Shown piece after piece: positions 1 to 11,361 of a DNA stretch of 64,000 bases (positions are counted from its first letter, which is position 1; each line of letters starts with the position of its first letter). This DNA comes from Escherichia coli (GTDB lineage Bacteria > Pseudomonadota > Gammaproteobacteria > Enterobacterales > Enterobacteriaceae): NCBI RefSeq assembly GCF_003334305.1, contig NZ_QOWS01000017.1; one strand, written 5' to 3'. The notes below the pieces were generated by a model. It had not been told where the DNA came from, did not search any database, and saw only the letters and a program-made list of their open reading frames with translations. Both the position numbers and the translations under genes were made by a program.

Positions 1-1104
1 GCCCCATACCTGCCACGCCAGTGGTGCACCGACGCCGCGCCCCCGGCTAAACAGCTTATTGACCCGCTGGGGGCGTTTGCTGATCACGCGACCGTTAACG
101 ATCACCTCAACTTCCACATCGTAAATCCCGTACGGTAGACCCCGGGTATCCACTTCATGATTGCCCATAGTGAAGTTCTGAACGCTTAGTAGCCGCCCAT
201 CACGGGTGAGATGTACTTCGCCCGCCGCCGGTAAAAAGGCGATCACTGGCGTGGCTGACTGGCTGCTGTCGAAGATGGTGGAGCTGGCCTGGTTTCCCCA
301 GGAAAGGCCGTAAATCTTCCCTGCTGAAATGGCGGTCATCGGCCCTAAGGACTGCAAGTTCCAGGTGTCGAGCATTCCACCGGCAAATCGGTGACCGGCA
401 AAATCGCGTTCATACATCGCTTTATATAATTCACTGTCCTGTTGACCGCTACCGATCCCGTACAGCGAGCCGTCGAGCACCACATGATGTTCGCGCAGCG
501 CAGTAACGTTATTCAGCGACAGATAGCTGGATGTGTTGCTCCCGCCGTTACGCAACTGGTTGTTATAGACGCCCAAGTTATAGCTCAGATTACTGCTGAG
601 GGTGTTAACACTGGACTGCCCGATGTCTTCGCTACGTGAGCGTAGTACGGTGCCCAGCGCTTCGCGCTTGACCACCAGCTGCAGCAGCAGTTGGCGCAAG
701 CTGAGATCCAGCTGCGCGTTGTCAGTCAGGGGGATGGTAAGGGCCTCATTGAACGGGGCGTTGGCCAGAGCCATCAGCTGCTGTCGAGTTTGTTCGCTGA
801 CACTGGCGTTATCTTCACTCTCTTCCAGCTGTATTTTCCGGATGCGTAGCTGTCCATCATCCAGCCAGATAAAAGCGCTGCCGATTCGCTGATCGTCCTG
901 GCGACCCTGGCTACCGGCGAGATGAATATAGAGCGGGACGCTCATGCCGTCCTGAAGCGCCTGACTGAAGGCCTGCGGAATAATCACCCCACCTATTTGC
1001 TGCGCACTTATGTCAGCAGCGCTGGCATCGGGTTGAACGAACAAAAAGACCATGCCGAAGGCAAACTGGGCTTTCAGTCCTGGGGAGAACCGTCGTAAAG
1101 GCAT
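1..1104 (-). CDS. ecpC: ECP (Mat) fimbrial usher EcpC, N-terminal 368 codons; the gene runs off the window edge
   Basis: ATG at 1104 (reverse complement reads ATGCCTTTACGACG...). The translation starts [28 protein letters not shown]. The frame stays open to position 1, and the gene lies directly downstream of ecpB in ecpRABC order. Confidence 0.85.
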   Translation of the reverse strand, partial: MPLRRFSPGLKAQFAFGMVFLFVQPDASAADISAQQIGGVIIPQAFSQALQDGMSVPLYIHLAGSQGRQDDQRIGSAFIWLDDGQLRIRKIQLEESEDNASVSEQTRQQLMALANAPFNEALTIPLTDNAQLDLSLRQLLLQLVVKREALGTVLRSRSEDIGQSSVNTLSSNLSYNLGVYNNQLRNGGSNTSSYLSLNNVTALREHHVVLDGSLYGIGSGQQDSELYKAMYERDFAGHRFAGGMLDTWNLQSLGPMTAISAGKIYGLSWGNQASSTIFDSSQSATPVIAFLPAAGEVHLTRDGRLLSVQNFTMGNHEVDTRGLPYGIYDVEVEVIVNGRVISKRPQRVNKLFSRGRGVGAPLAWQVWG

Positions 1105-1129
1105 TGTCGTTATCCATCTGCACAGCTAT

Positions 1130-1798
1130 CTATTTCACGGGAATGAACTTATCACCCTGCCAAAGTGCAACCCGTCCTTTGTTATCCGCAGTGTCCACAC
1201 GGGTAAAACGACGCGACTTGCCCGGCATCAGGTAGTAATTCTCTTTACACTCCTTACCGTTGGCGGCTTTCAGGCAAGGGCCGTAGGCGAGGATCCGCAG
1301 CGTCGCATTTCCTGTATTTGTCAGGGAGCCGTTGGCGTACTGAAAGTGGTAGTTCGCCTGGCGAGGGGCGACGACCAGAATGGTGCCGATGCGGGCGGAA
1401 GCAGTGGCCACAGCGCTGCGGTTGGCATTATCGCGCTGCGCATCACTGAGGGCCTGATCAAACCAGACAATGCGGTAGTAGCGCTCTTTTTCATCTGCGG
1501 GTCCCTTATAGAAGAAGCGGATCACTTCGCTGGCTTGGGCGGGTAGCAGCAAGCTGGCGGGAGTGAGTAGCAACTCATCCGGCTTGTCCATTGAGATAAC
1601 CTGCCCGTCGTCAAGCGGTGAAGAGAGCCGTTCGAGACGGATATTGATAAGGCGACCACTGTCGGTACTGTTTTTGATCGTTTTGCTCAGCGTGCTGCTG
1701 TCACTGTTCATAAACGATGATATATCGCCGACATCCAGCGCCTGGGCCGGAGGTATTCCGGAAAACAGCAGAGCGAGAGGCAGAAGGTGCTTTTTCAT
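1130..1798 (-). CDS. ecpB: ECP fimbrial chaperone EcpB (MatC)
   Basis: 222-aa ORF with signal peptide [20 protein letters not shown]. It sits between ecpA and ecpC, and I recognise the sequence as EcpB. Confidence 0.9.
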   Translation of the reverse strand: MKKHLLPLALLFSGIPPAQALDVGDISSFMNSDSSTLSKTIKNSTDSGRLINIRLERLSSPLDDGQVISMDKPDELLLTPASLLLPAQASEVIRFFYKGPADEKERYYRIVWFDQALSDAQRDNANRSAVATASARIGTILVVAPRQANYHFQYANGSLTNTGNATLRILAYGPCLKAANGKECKENYYLMPGKSRRFTRVDTADNKGRVALWQGDKFIPVK

Positions 1799-1855
1799 AA
1801 CAATTCCGTCCAGGAATAAAGCAGGGGGGCTACCCCTGCTGGTACATCAGAGAGA

Positions 1856-2443
1856 TTAACTGGTCCAGGTCGCGTCGAACTGTACGCTAACGTCGCCGCT
1901 CCAGATGCCTTCCGGTAGAGTGCTGTAATCGGTTACTGCGGTGGTACCATTGGTGGTGCCGCTGATGATGGTGAAGGTGAAACCATCCTGTGCGGTGGTA
2001 CGATTGCTGGCATTGTAACCGTTAGCCAGCGGGCTAAGGTTGCCGCCCAGTACGCCGTTGGCGGTATCGATCATCACGGTATCGCCAGTTTTTTCGACTG
2101 CCGCGCCGTTATAATCCACGCCCACATTCAGTGTGGAACCTGAGGTATCCAACTGGGTTAATGTGTTGGTGATAAGACGTGAGGTCAGTTTAAAGGCGGT
2201 AGCCGTTGAGTCACCCTCGATAGCCACGTCAAATAGACCTTTCTGTGAGTTAAAACCTTTAATGCCTTCGGCATACTGGAACGCCAGGCTACCGAGTGGC
2301 GTCACAACCAGCTTACTGGTGGTGTCTTTTTTGGCTGTTGCCGACCAGGTCGCTACAGCCTGAGCTGTTACGTCAGCAGCCTGCGCCACACCCATGCCGG
2401 TAAACACCGTTACCAGAGCTATTGCCAGAACCTTTTTTTTCAT
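1856..2443 (-). CDS. ecpA: E. coli common pilus major subunit EcpA (MatB)
   Basis: 195-aa [38 protein letters not shown]...DATWTS, recognised as EcpA. It has a signal peptide and a Thr/Ser/Gly-rich pilin body. Confidence 0.95.
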   Translation of the reverse strand: MKKKVLAIALVTVFTGMGVAQAADVTAQAVATWSATAKKDTTSKLVVTPLGSLAFQYAEGIKGFNSQKGLFDVAIEGDSTATAFKLTSRLITNTLTQLDTSGSTLNVGVDYNGAAVEKTGDTVMIDTANGVLGGNLSPLANGYNASNRTTAQDGFTFTIISGTTNGTTAVTDYSTLPEGIWSGDVSVQFDATWTS

Positions 2444-2517
2444 TGCATTTCTTCCCGAGTTGAATTGAGGACGTGATGTCCCAGTGAGTCATTTTTTAAA
2501 ACTAACTTGCCTGGAGT

Positions 2518-3129
<612 letters not shown>

Positions 3130-3878
3130 TTACAGGTGCATTCAGTTTCCTTAGTAAACCGGAAGTAAATAAGATACGTAGTACATATCAATAAAGGTTA
3201 AACGAGATTAAGTTTAATTATTTTCGATTGGGCTTAAATTTATGTTTTTTTCCCGATGAGTGTCAATATGTGAACGGAAAAGGAATTCAATGGTTAAGTC
3301 AATATTTAGAAAAACTGAAAATATTGCTTTTTTGATAAGAAGAAAAAGACATTTGGTTTCATAAGGTTATTGGCAATATAACGTTCAATTCTTACTTGCA
3401 TTTTATATTGGTCAGGAACTTTGCCCTGAAGTGTTAGGAATAGTCTTAATGCGCTGTGTGATGGACTAGTAAAAAAAACAAGTTTTAAGGGTAAGGGATA
3501 GAATATAAAACTATAATGAGCTGTCATTGAAGATGATTTGCCAATCAGTAAGAAATTTTAATGGATTAACATGCCGCACAAAATGGTTATAGGTGTTCAT
3601 TACAATAAGTGATGGAAAATTGAACGGGCGTATGTACGTCATCTGTTCGGTAAGACCCCCAAGAGCCAGATTAAGTGAAGTTAAACGAAGGCTGCCAGCT
3701 GTCACAGGAACGATGGCCTCTTTGTCAGGGCACTGAGTGCAGTTATCTGTGCGCGTTACTCTAACTGGCACTCGAACGTCGGCGATGGGCTTACCGGTGG
3801 ATCAAACTGTTCCTGTGGCGTAAACGTTTTTATGTTAGTACCAACAGATTTACCACATTTATCATCTTAACAGTTTGA

Positions 3879-4112
3879 GTGAAAACGCAGGCTGCGCCGC
3901 AAAGGGAGGAGACTGAGTGGCGTGTTCAGTCTAAAAGAGGGTTGATGCCAGCATACAGGGGCGAAGCTGGTCAACAAGTCAACATTAAGATAATGGAATA
4001 TTCGGAGAGAAACGTCAGGCAGTTGGCCTCAAATGAACAGGAAGAATATATCCCCAGGAAAATTAATGTTGGTGTTATAAACACACCAACATTAATCCGA
4101 TCTGATTATTAA
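3879..4112 (+). CDS. ykgL: small hypothetical protein YkgL
   Basis: 77-codon ORF with a GTG start (..QAAPQREETEWRVQSKRGLMPAYRGEAGQQ..). It matches my memory of K-12 ykgL. I recognise no domain, and expression cannot be judged from sequence. Confidence 0.45.
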   Translation: MKTQAAPQREETEWRVQSKRGLMPAYRGEAGQQVNIKIMEYSERNVRQLASNEQEEYIPRKINVGVINTPTLIRSDY

Positions 4113-4146
4113 TCAGACAAATATCGTTAATTCGTCGAATTTTGAA

Positions 4147-4287
4147 TCAACGTTTTTTCTTACGACCCTGAACGGCCTTAAAACGTGGATTAGATTTACA
4201 AATCACATACAACCGTCCTTTTCGCTTCACAATCTGACAGTCTTGATGGCGTTCTTTTGCGGTACGCAGAGAGTTAAGAACTTTCAT
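4147..4287 (-). CDS. ykgO: ribosomal protein L36 paralog (zinc-independent type) YkgO/RpmJ2
   Basis: Hand translation gives [46 protein letters not shown]. This ORF is too short for the ORF track. Its ATG overlaps the ykgM stop (TAATG). Confidence 0.9.
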   Translation of the reverse strand: MKVLNSLRTAKERHQDCQIVKRKGRLYVICKSNPRFKAVQGRKKKR

Positions 4288-4553
4288 TACGCCCCCTTTT
4301 TCGTGCTAACAAAACGACCAAAACGTTGGGTGAACCGTGCAACATTTCCTTCTGATGCCACTGTTCTCAGCTTCCCTGTATAGAACGGGTGCGATTTCGA
4401 AGAGACATCAATTGTTACGTACGGATACGTTACGCCATCCAGCTCAATCTCACGGTCTGTTTTGATAGTCGAGCCGATTTTAAAGTACTCATCAACACTG
4501 GTGTCGTGGAACACCACAGTACGATACTCAGGATGGATATTGGGCTTCATCAT
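4287..4553 (-). CDS. ykgM: ribosomal protein L31 paralog (Cys-less, zinc-independent) YkgM/RpmE2
   Basis: 88-aa [31 protein letters not shown]... contains no cysteine. A Zur box lies immediately upstream. Confidence 0.93.
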
Positions 4554-4561
4554 TTTTACCT

Positions 4562-4579
4562 GTTATGTTATAACATAAC
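4562..4579. promoter_or_regulatory. Zur operator upstream of ykgM-ykgO
   Basis: Perfect 18-bp palindrome GTTATGTTATAACATAAC, starting 9 bp upstream of the ykgM ATG. It matches the known enterobacterial Zur box shape (GTTATnnnATAAC type). Confidence 0.85.
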
Positions 4580-4912
4580 CATAAAGATACATGCTCATCC
4601 GGATCATTTCAACACCCAATCCCTGTGACTCTTTGTGGATGTGGAATTTTCGCAACGGGGAACTCTGGCATTGTTAGCAGCCATTGGTGACGCTCCCATA
4701 AACGCCTGGATGAGTGATTGATGATGGTTTTGCTGAGAGTATGGATTTTTCGACAATGGAGGTTATCTCCACTTTACTGGCCGATGATTTATCGCAGTAT
4801 GATTGATTACCTGACAGCGTGTATTCCTCTCCCACGGATATAATAATTACTTACAAAAAGGGAGAGGATGCATATTTTAAATATCACTGAAGTGAACAGT
4901 TTATTGCCGTTA

Positions 4913-5014
4913 TTAATAGAAATGGAGAAATAAATAGGCGTATTCTACAATTGCGACAAAAACAACGATATTAATCAGTTTATGACTGATTTGTTGTACT
5001 TTATTCTCTTTCAT
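4913..5014 (-). CDS. ykgR: small membrane protein YkgR (33 aa)
   Basis: Hand translation of the minus strand gives MKENKVQQISHKLINIVVFVAIVEYAYLFLHFY*. It has a single hydrophobic helix and matches the K-12 small protein YkgR from memory. Confidence 0.75.
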   Translation of the reverse strand: MKENKVQQISHKLINIVVFVAIVEYAYLFLHFY

Positions 5015-6129
5015 TGGTACTTCCTCGCTTTAAAAAAGAGCGCACTTCGTAAGTGCCCTTATATAAATAACGAGTTTGGTCAACCAATTTTTTGACATGT
5101 ATCACAAATTTGAATAGATGTATTACATCGGCTATCTTTTATTGCACCAACGTCATTGATATATGTCGCCTGAAGTCAGTTCCGGGAATGAGTCTGATCT
5201 CAAGACTGGCCCAGTCCGGGCGTTGATTGGCGCTGAGGAGCATATCGCATCTCATCATAATGTCGTATCTCCTGGGGTGTTATACAAGATATCGTTGTTG
5301 GTGACCTGGGAGAGGAATTGAGTTCTATTAAACCGTCAACTATGCCGGATACATACTGGATTACACTGCAGGCACGCCTTACGAGAGAACGTGCCGCAGT
5401 GACGGGTTAATTATCTGAAAGAATTTGTGAGGCTGTATCGGTTACTCATTGATTTGATAGTTTTACTCTCGGGAGAGTAATAGATATTTAATCTATTAAC
5501 GGAAACCAGCCAGTTCCTTTCGATGCCTGAATTTGATTCCATAGTTTATCCGGAATGGTTAATTCATGAATAAGTTGTGTTCTCGTTCATGAGAAGCATA
5601 ACGTAAAGGGAAAAGCTCGATTAGACGGCAGGATTTGTCAGGGGTTATGAACGAAATTCATAAATCTGTTTGAGTGTTGCGATGGGTAGTGCAAGTTCGA
5701 AATCTCCGCAATTTACAGTCCGATGAAGGAAAATGAATATCCATAAAAAATATATCGATTTATTCTGGCGTATATACCTACTTCGACGTATTTCCAATAG
5801 TTGTTAATTAAAGGCAGGCCATTATTATTCACTCTGAATAATGAATTATTCACTGTCCGCAGAGTAAAAAATATAACTTAGGTGTCTATTTAATGACTTG
5901 CACAAAAAGCTAAATTTTCACCCATAAATAAAAATATAATCCCGCGCCCAACCACCTGATGAGTGGCTACAGACACTGGATATATTAGGTGGCGGTGCAC
6001 TTTCTTACATAAAGGTATTTCCTTTTCTGCGGAAAAGGAAATCGGGAAATCCCCGGTTTTTCTGACAAGCAGACGCCATTATTTGTGTCTGCCTATGTTC
6101 GTTAATTCGTTCATCAGGAAATTATCTCA

Positions 6130-9100
6130 ATGTCGCGTTATAAAACAGGTCATAAACAACCACGATTTCGTTATTCAGTTCTGGCCCGCTGCGTGGCGTG
6201 GGCAAATATCTCTGTTCAGGTTCTTTTTCCACTCGCTGTCACCTTTACCCCAGTAATGGCGGCACGTGCGCAGCATGCGGTTCAGCCACGGTTGAGCATG
6301 GGAAATACTACGGTAACTGCTGATAATAACGTGGAGAAAAATGTCGCGTCGTTTGCCGCAAATGCCGGGACATTTTTAAGCAGTCAGCCAGATAGCGATG
6401 CGACACGTAACTTTATTACCGGAATGGCCACAGCTAAAGCTAACCAGGAAATACAGGAGTGGCTCGGGAAATATGGTACTGCGCGCGTCAAACTGAATGT
6501 CGATAAAGATTTCTCGCTGAAGGATTCTTCGCTGGAAATGCTTTATCCGATTTATGATACGCCAACAAATATGTTGTTCACTCAGGGAGCAATACATCGT
6601 ACCGACGATCGTACTCAGTCAAATATTGGTTTTGGCTGGCGTCATTTTTCAGGAAATGACTGGATGGCGGGGGTGAACACCTTTATCGACCATGATTTAT
6701 CCCGTAGTCATACCCGCATTGGTGTTGGTGCGGAATACTGGCGCGATTATCTGAAACTGAGCGCCAATGGTTATATTCGGGCTTCTGGCTGGAAAAAATC
6801 GCCGGATATTGAGGATTATCAGGAACGCCCGGCGAATGGTTGGGATATCCGCGCAGAGGGCTATTTACCTGCCTGGCCGCAGCTTGGCGCAAGCCTGATG
6901 TATGAACAGTATTATGGCGATGAAGTCGGGCTGTTTGGTAAAGATAAGCGCCAGAAAGACCCGCATGCTATTTCTGCCGAGGTGACCTATACGCCAGTGC
7001 CTCTTCTGACACTGAGCGCCGGGCATAAGCAGGGCAAGAGCGGTGAGAATGACACTCGCTTTGGCCTGGAAGTTAATTATCGGATTGGCGAACCTCTGGA
7101 GAAACAACTCGATACAGACAGCATTCGCGAGCGTCGAATGCTGGCAGGCAGCCGCTATGACCTGGTTGAGCGTAATAACAACATCGTTCTTGAGTACCGC
7201 AAATCTGAAGTGATCCGTATTGCTCTGCCTGAGCGTATTGAAGGTAAGGGCGGTCAGACACTTTCCCTGGGGCTTGTGGTCAGCAAAGCAACTCACGGAC
7301 TGAAAAATGTGCAGTGGGAAGCGCCGTCATTACTGGCTGAAGGTGGCAAAATTACCGGTCAGGGTAGTCAGTGGCAAGTAACGCTCCCGGCTTATCGTCC
7401 AGGCAAAGACAATTATTATGCGATTTCTGCGGTTGCCTACGATAACAAAGGCAATGCCTCAAAACGCGTGCAGACAGAGGTGGTCATTACCGGAGCAGGT
7501 ATGAGTGCCGATCGCACGGCGTTAACGCTTGACGGTCAGAGCCGTATTCAAATGCTTGCTAACGGTAATGAGCAAAGACCGCTGGTGCTGTCTCTGCGCG
7601 ACGCCGAGGGCCAGCCAGTCACGGGCATGAAAGATCAGATCAAGACTGAACTAACTTTCAAACCGGCTGGAAATATTGTGACTCGTACCCTGAAGGCCAC
7701 TAAATCACAGGCAAAGCCAACACTGGGTGAGTTCACCGAAACTGAAGCCGGGGTGTATCAGTCTGTCTTTACTACCGGAACGCAGTCAGGTGAGGCAACG
7801 ATTACTGTTAGCGTTGATGGCATGAGCAAAACCGTCACTGCAGAACTGCGGGCCACGATGATGGATGTGGCAAACTCCACCCTGAGCGCTAACGAGCCGT
7901 CAGGTGACGTGGTTGCTGATGGTCAGCAAGCCTATACGTTGACGTTGACTGCGGTGGACTCCGAGGGTAATCCGGTGACGGGAGAAGCCAGCCGCTTGCG
8001 ATTTGTTCCGCAAGACACTAATGGTGTAACCGTTGGTGCCATTTCGGAAATAAAACCAGGCGTTTACAGCGCCACGGTTTCTTCGACCCGTGCCGGAAAC
8101 GTTGTTGTGCGTGCTTTCAGCGAGCAGTATCAGCTGGGCACATTACAACAAACGCTGAAGTTTGTTGCCGGGCCGCTTGATGCAGCACATTCGTCCATCA
8201 CCCTGAATCCTGATAAACCGGTGGTTGGCGGTACAGTTACGGCAATCTGGACGGCAAAAGATGCTAATGACAACCCTGTAACTGGTCTCAATCCGGATGC
8301 ACCGTCATTATCGGGCGCAGCTGCTGTAGGTTCTACGGCATCAGGCTGGACGGATAATGGCGACGGGACCTGGACTGCGCAGATTTCTCTCGGCACTACG
8401 GCGGGTGAATTAGAGGTTATGCCGAAGCTAAATGGACAGGATGCGGCAGCGAATGCGGCTAAAGTAACCGTGGTGGCTGATGCGTTATCTTCAGGCCAGT
8501 CGACAGTGTCTGTAGCCGCAGATCGCGTAAAAGCAGGCGAAAGCACAACCGTGACGCTTATTGCAAAAGATGCACATGGCAACGCTATCAGTGGTCTTTC
8601 CCTGTCGGCAAGCCTGACGGGTGCTGCGTCTGAAGGGGCGACTGTTTCTGGTTGGACCGAAAAAGGTGATGGTTCCTATGTCGCTACGCTGACAACAGGT
8701 GGAAAGACGGGTGAGCTTCTCGTCATGCCGCTATTCAACGGCCAGCCAGCAGCCACCGAAGCCGCGCAGTTGACTGTCATTGCGGGGGAGATGTCATCAG
8801 CGAACTCTACGCTTGTTGCTGACAATAAGGCTCCGACCGTCAAAACGACGACGAAACTCACCTTCACCGTGAAGGATGCGTACGGGAACCTTGTCACCGG
8901 GCTGAAGCCAGATGCACCGCAGTTTAGTGGTGCCGCCAGCACGGGGACAGAGCGACCTTCAACAGGAGACTGGACAGAAACAAGTAATGGGGTCTACGTG
9001 GCGACCTTGACTCTGGGATCTGCCGCGGGCCAGTTGTCTGTGATGCCGCGAGTGAACGGCCAAAATGCCGTTGCTCAGCCACTGGTGCTGAATGTTGCTG

Positions 9101-10383
9101 GTGACGCATCTAAGGCTGAGATTCGTGATATGACGGTGAAGGTTGATAACCAGCTGGCTAATGGACAATCGACTAACCAGGTAACCCTGACCGTTGTGGA
9201 CACCTATGGTAACCCGTTGCAGGGACAAAATGTGACGCTGACTCTGCCGAAAGGTGTGACCAGCAAGACGGGGAATACGGTAACAACCGATGCGGCAGGT
9301 AAAGCCGACATTGAGCTGATGTCAACGGTTGCCGGGGAACACAGCATCACGGCCTCAGTGAATAATGCTCAGAAGACGGTTACGGTGAAATTCAAGGCGG
9401 ATTTCAGTACCGGTCAGGCGAGTCTGGAGGTTGATAGCGCCGCGCCAAAAGTAGCAAACGGCAAAGATGCCTTTACGCTGACGGCGACCGTTGAGGATAA
9501 AAATGGTAACCCTGTTCCAGGGAGCCTGGTGACCTTTAATCTGCCCCGGGGTGTCAAGCCGCTTACAGGCGATAATGTCTGGGTGAAAGCCAACGATGAG
9601 GGGACAGCAGAGTTGCAGGTGGTTTCAGTGACTGCCGGAACGTATGAGATCACGGCATCGGCGGGGAATAGCCAGCCTTCGGATACGCAGACTATAACGT
9701 TTGTAGCCGATAAGGCTACCGCAACCGTCTCCGGTATTGAGGTGATTGGCAACTATGCGCTGGCGGACGGCAAAGCCAAACAAACGTATAAAGTTACGGT
9801 GACTGATGCCAATAACAATTTGGTGAAAGATAGCGACGTGACGCTGACTGCCAGCCCGGCTTCGTTAAACCTGGAACCGAATGGCACTGCGACAACGAAT
9901 GAGCAAGGGCAGGCTATTTTCACCGCTACCACTACTGTTGCGGCGACATACACACTCAAGGCGCAAGTGAGTCAGACCAACGGTCAGGTATCAACGAAAA
10001 CTGCCGAATCTAAATTCGTTGCGGATGATAAAAACGCGGTACTCACCGCATCATCTGATATGCAATCTCTGGTGGCGGATGGGAAATCGACTGCGAAGCT
10101 GGAGGTGACACTGATGTCGGCAAACAACCCCGTTGGCGGGAATATGTGGGTCGACATTCAGACGCCGGAAGGGGTGACGGAGAAGGATTATCAGTTCCTG
10201 CCGTCGAAAAATGACCATTTCGTGAGCGGAAAAATCACGCGTAAATTTAGTACCAGCAAGCCTGGTGTCTATACGTTCACATTTAACGCCCTGACCTATG
10301 GCGGGTACGAAATGAAGCCAGTGACGGTGACCATTACCGCGGTGGATGCCGATACGGCAAAGGACGAGGAGGCGATGAAATAA
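6130..10383 (+). CDS. eaeH: intimin/invasin-family inverse autotransporter adhesin EaeH, full length
   Basis: Uninterrupted 1417-aa ORF. The N-terminal region has inverse-autotransporter beta-barrel features (..GFGWRHF..GVGAEYWRDYLKLSANGY..). It is followed by many roughly 100-aa Ig-like (Big_1) repeats. Confidence 0.9.
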   Translation: MSRYKTGHKQPRFRYSVLARCVAWANISVQVLFPLAVTFTPVMAARAQHAVQPRLSMGNTTVTADNNVEKNVASFAANAGTFLSSQPDSDATRNFITGMATAKANQEIQEWLGKYGTARVKLNVDKDFSLKDSSLEMLYPIYDTPTNMLFTQGAIHRTDDRTQSNIGFGWRHFSGNDWMAGVNTFIDHDLSRSHTRIGVGAEYWRDYLKLSANGYIRASGWKKSPDIEDYQERPANGWDIRAEGYLPAWPQLGASLMYEQYYGDEVGLFGKDKRQKDPHAISAEVTYTPVPLLTLSAGHKQGKSGENDTRFGLEVNYRIGEPLEKQLDTDSIRERRMLAGSRYDLVERNNNIVLEYRKSEVIRIALPERIEGKGGQTLSLGLVVSKATHGLKNVQWEAPSLLAEGGKITGQGSQWQVTLPAYRPGKDNYYAISAVAYDNKGNASKRVQTEVVITGAGMSADRTALTLDGQSRIQMLANGNEQRPLVLSLRDAEGQPVTGMKDQIKTELTFKPAGNIVTRTLKATKSQAKPTLGEFTETEAGVYQSVFTTGTQSGEATITVSVDGMSKTVTAELRATMMDVANSTLSANEPSGDVVADGQQAYTLTLTAVDSEGNPVTGEASRLRFVPQDTNGVTVGAISEIKPGVYSATVSSTRAGNVVVRAFSEQYQLGTLQQTLKFVAGPLDAAHSSITLNPDKPVVGGTVTAIWTAKDANDNPVTGLNPDAPSLSGAAAVGSTASGWTDNGDGTWTAQISLGTTAGELEVMPKLNGQDAAANAAKVTVVADALSSGQSTVSVAADRVKAGESTTVTLIAKDAHGNAISGLSLSASLTGAASEGATVSGWTEKGDGSYVATLTTGGKTGELLVMPLFNGQPAATEAAQLTVIAGEMSSANSTLVADNKAPTVKTTTKLTFTVKDAYGNLVTGLKPDAPQFSGAASTGTERPSTGDWTETSNGVYVATLTLGSAAGQLSVMPRVNGQNAVAQPLVLNVAGDASKAEIRDMTVKVDNQLANGQSTNQVTLTVVDTYGNPLQGQNVTLTLPKGVTSKTGNTVTTDAAGKADIELMSTVAGEHSITASVNNAQKTVTVKFKADFSTGQASLEVDSAAPKVANGKDAFTLTATVEDKNGNPVPGSLVTFNLPRGVKPLTGDNVWVKANDEGTAELQVVSVTAGTYEITASAGNSQPSDTQTITFVADKATATVSGIEVIGNYALADGKAKQTYKVTVTDANNNLVKDSDVTLTASPASLNLEPNGTATTNEQGQAIFTATTTVAATYTLKAQVSQTNGQVSTKTAESKFVADDKNAVLTASSDMQSLVADGKSTAKLEVTLMSANNPVGGNMWVDIQTPEGVTEKDYQFLPSKNDHFVSGKITRKFSTSKPGVYTFTFNALTYGGYEMKPVTVTITAVDADTAKDEEAMK
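7501..10200 (+). repeat. tandem array of Ig-like (Big_1) domain repeats inside eaeH
   Basis: Recurrent roughly 95-105-aa units of the form ..LTA.D..GNPVTG......SGAA...GW.....G.Y.A.L..G...G.L.VMP..NGQ.A.. Three neighbouring units at about 8170-9120 are especially similar. Boundaries are approximate. Confidence 0.7.
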
Positions 10384-10426
10384 TTTTAAGAATATGAAAG
10401 TAACATTCTAATAAACAATAATGGCG

Positions 10427-10459
10427 TTGACATCTTCAACGCCATTATTTATTGAATTT
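10427..10459. terminator. bidirectional hairpin terminator between convergent eaeH and ykgA
   Basis: AATAATGGCGTTGA / CATCT / TCAACGCCATTATT gives a 14-bp perfect stem and 5-nt loop. A/T-rich runs flank it on both sides. Confidence 0.75.
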
Positions 10460-10503
10460 CCTGACAGTAGTCTCGTTATAAATTCATTTAGATATAGCGA
10501 AAA

Positions 10504-11361
10504 CTAAACCGGACGAACGGGGATAAAAATTTCGCAAACAACATCATTGCTATCCTTTTCTACGAAATCTTCATTGTAATAAAACCGCTCAATATCACTG
10601 CCGTTCACTCTGGCTAACCCCCTGGCGGGTAATTCCATCAGATAGAGGTTTCGCGCCCATTCAGGGTAGTGCTCCCACTCACCTTCATAGCGGAAAGAGG
10701 CATACAGTCCTCGGTTAATTGTCCACTCTTTCGGCATCTCTGAATCGGTTTGTTTGCATACCGTACCGGCAAAAGTTTCAACCGTGAGCAAATCGACCGA
10801 TTTTGTTGACGGTTCAAACGTGGAGACGAAATAGATATCCGTCTTAAAATTATTCATACATCTGGCTAAATGATGACGTCGCAGTTTGACTTCTTCATCC
10901 GGTGATTTATTCGACACTTCAATGTCATATTTAAATGAGTTGCCAAAAATAGGTGTCTCAGGAAAATTGACTAATCTACACTCCGTCTTTTGCTGTTGAC
11001 GTATTAAAAAAGAAGGGAAGATATTTGCGAGATCCCAATAATCACGGTGGCGGTATTCACGGGGAGAGCAGCCGAATAACTTTTTAAATTCGCGGCTGAA
11101 TGACTGCTGTGAATCAAAATGCAAAGAGAGTGCAATATCAAGCATAGATTTCGCGGTGAGCCGGACAAGAATGGCGGCACGACAAAGCCTTCGTTTGCGA
11201 ATGTATTCTCCCAAAGGCACATGCATGAAATTTCGGAACAGAAGCTGGATGTTGCGTCTGCTGTAGCCAGATTTCTGTGCGATATCTTCGATTGAAATAG
11301 GGTGCTCAAGATTGCACTCAATCCACTTCAGGAGCTGCTGTAGAATCTTCTGCCTGATCAT
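10504..11361 (-). CDS. ykgA: Rob-like AraC/XylS-family regulator with C-terminal GyrI-like domain (YkgA), intact
   Basis: The N-terminus MIRQKILQQLLKWIECNLEHP aligns residue for residue with Rob (MDQAGIIRDLLIWLEGHLDQP). The C-terminus ..IERFYYNED..VCEIFIPVRPV parallels the Rob tail. GGAG lies 6 nt upstream of the ATG at 11361, and the ORF stays open upstream to 11394. Confidence 0.8.
   Translation of the reverse strand: MIRQKILQQLLKWIECNLEHPISIEDIAQKSGYSRRNIQLLFRNFMHVPLGEYIRKRRLCRAAILVRLTAKSMLDIALSLHFDSQQSFSREFKKLFGCSPREYRHRDYWDLANIFPSFLIRQQQKTECRLVNFPETPIFGNSFKYDIEVSNKSPDEEVKLRRHHLARCMNNFKTDIYFVSTFEPSTKSVDLLTVETFAGTVCKQTDSEMPKEWTINRGLYASFRYEGEWEHYPEWARNLYLMELPARGLARVNGSDIERFYYNEDFVEKDSNDVVCEIFIPVRPV

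Noticed and set aside
3306-3771. Two overlapping minus-strand ORFs (73 and 86 aa) in the ecpR upstream region
   Set aside because: They lie in AT-rich regulatory DNA upstream of ecpR. They have no RBS and implausible peptide sequences. The region is better explained as the long ecp regulatory leader.
5963-6256. 97-aa plus-strand ORF overlapping the eaeH start
   Set aside because: It has a GTG start in AT-rich leader DNA and runs out of frame into eaeH. There is no support beyond being open.
6376-9959. About ten 60-150-aa minus-strand ORFs inside eaeH
   Set aside because: All are antisense to a continuous 1417-aa adhesin frame with a clear domain structure. Repetitive Thr/Ala/Val coding generates open antisense frames.
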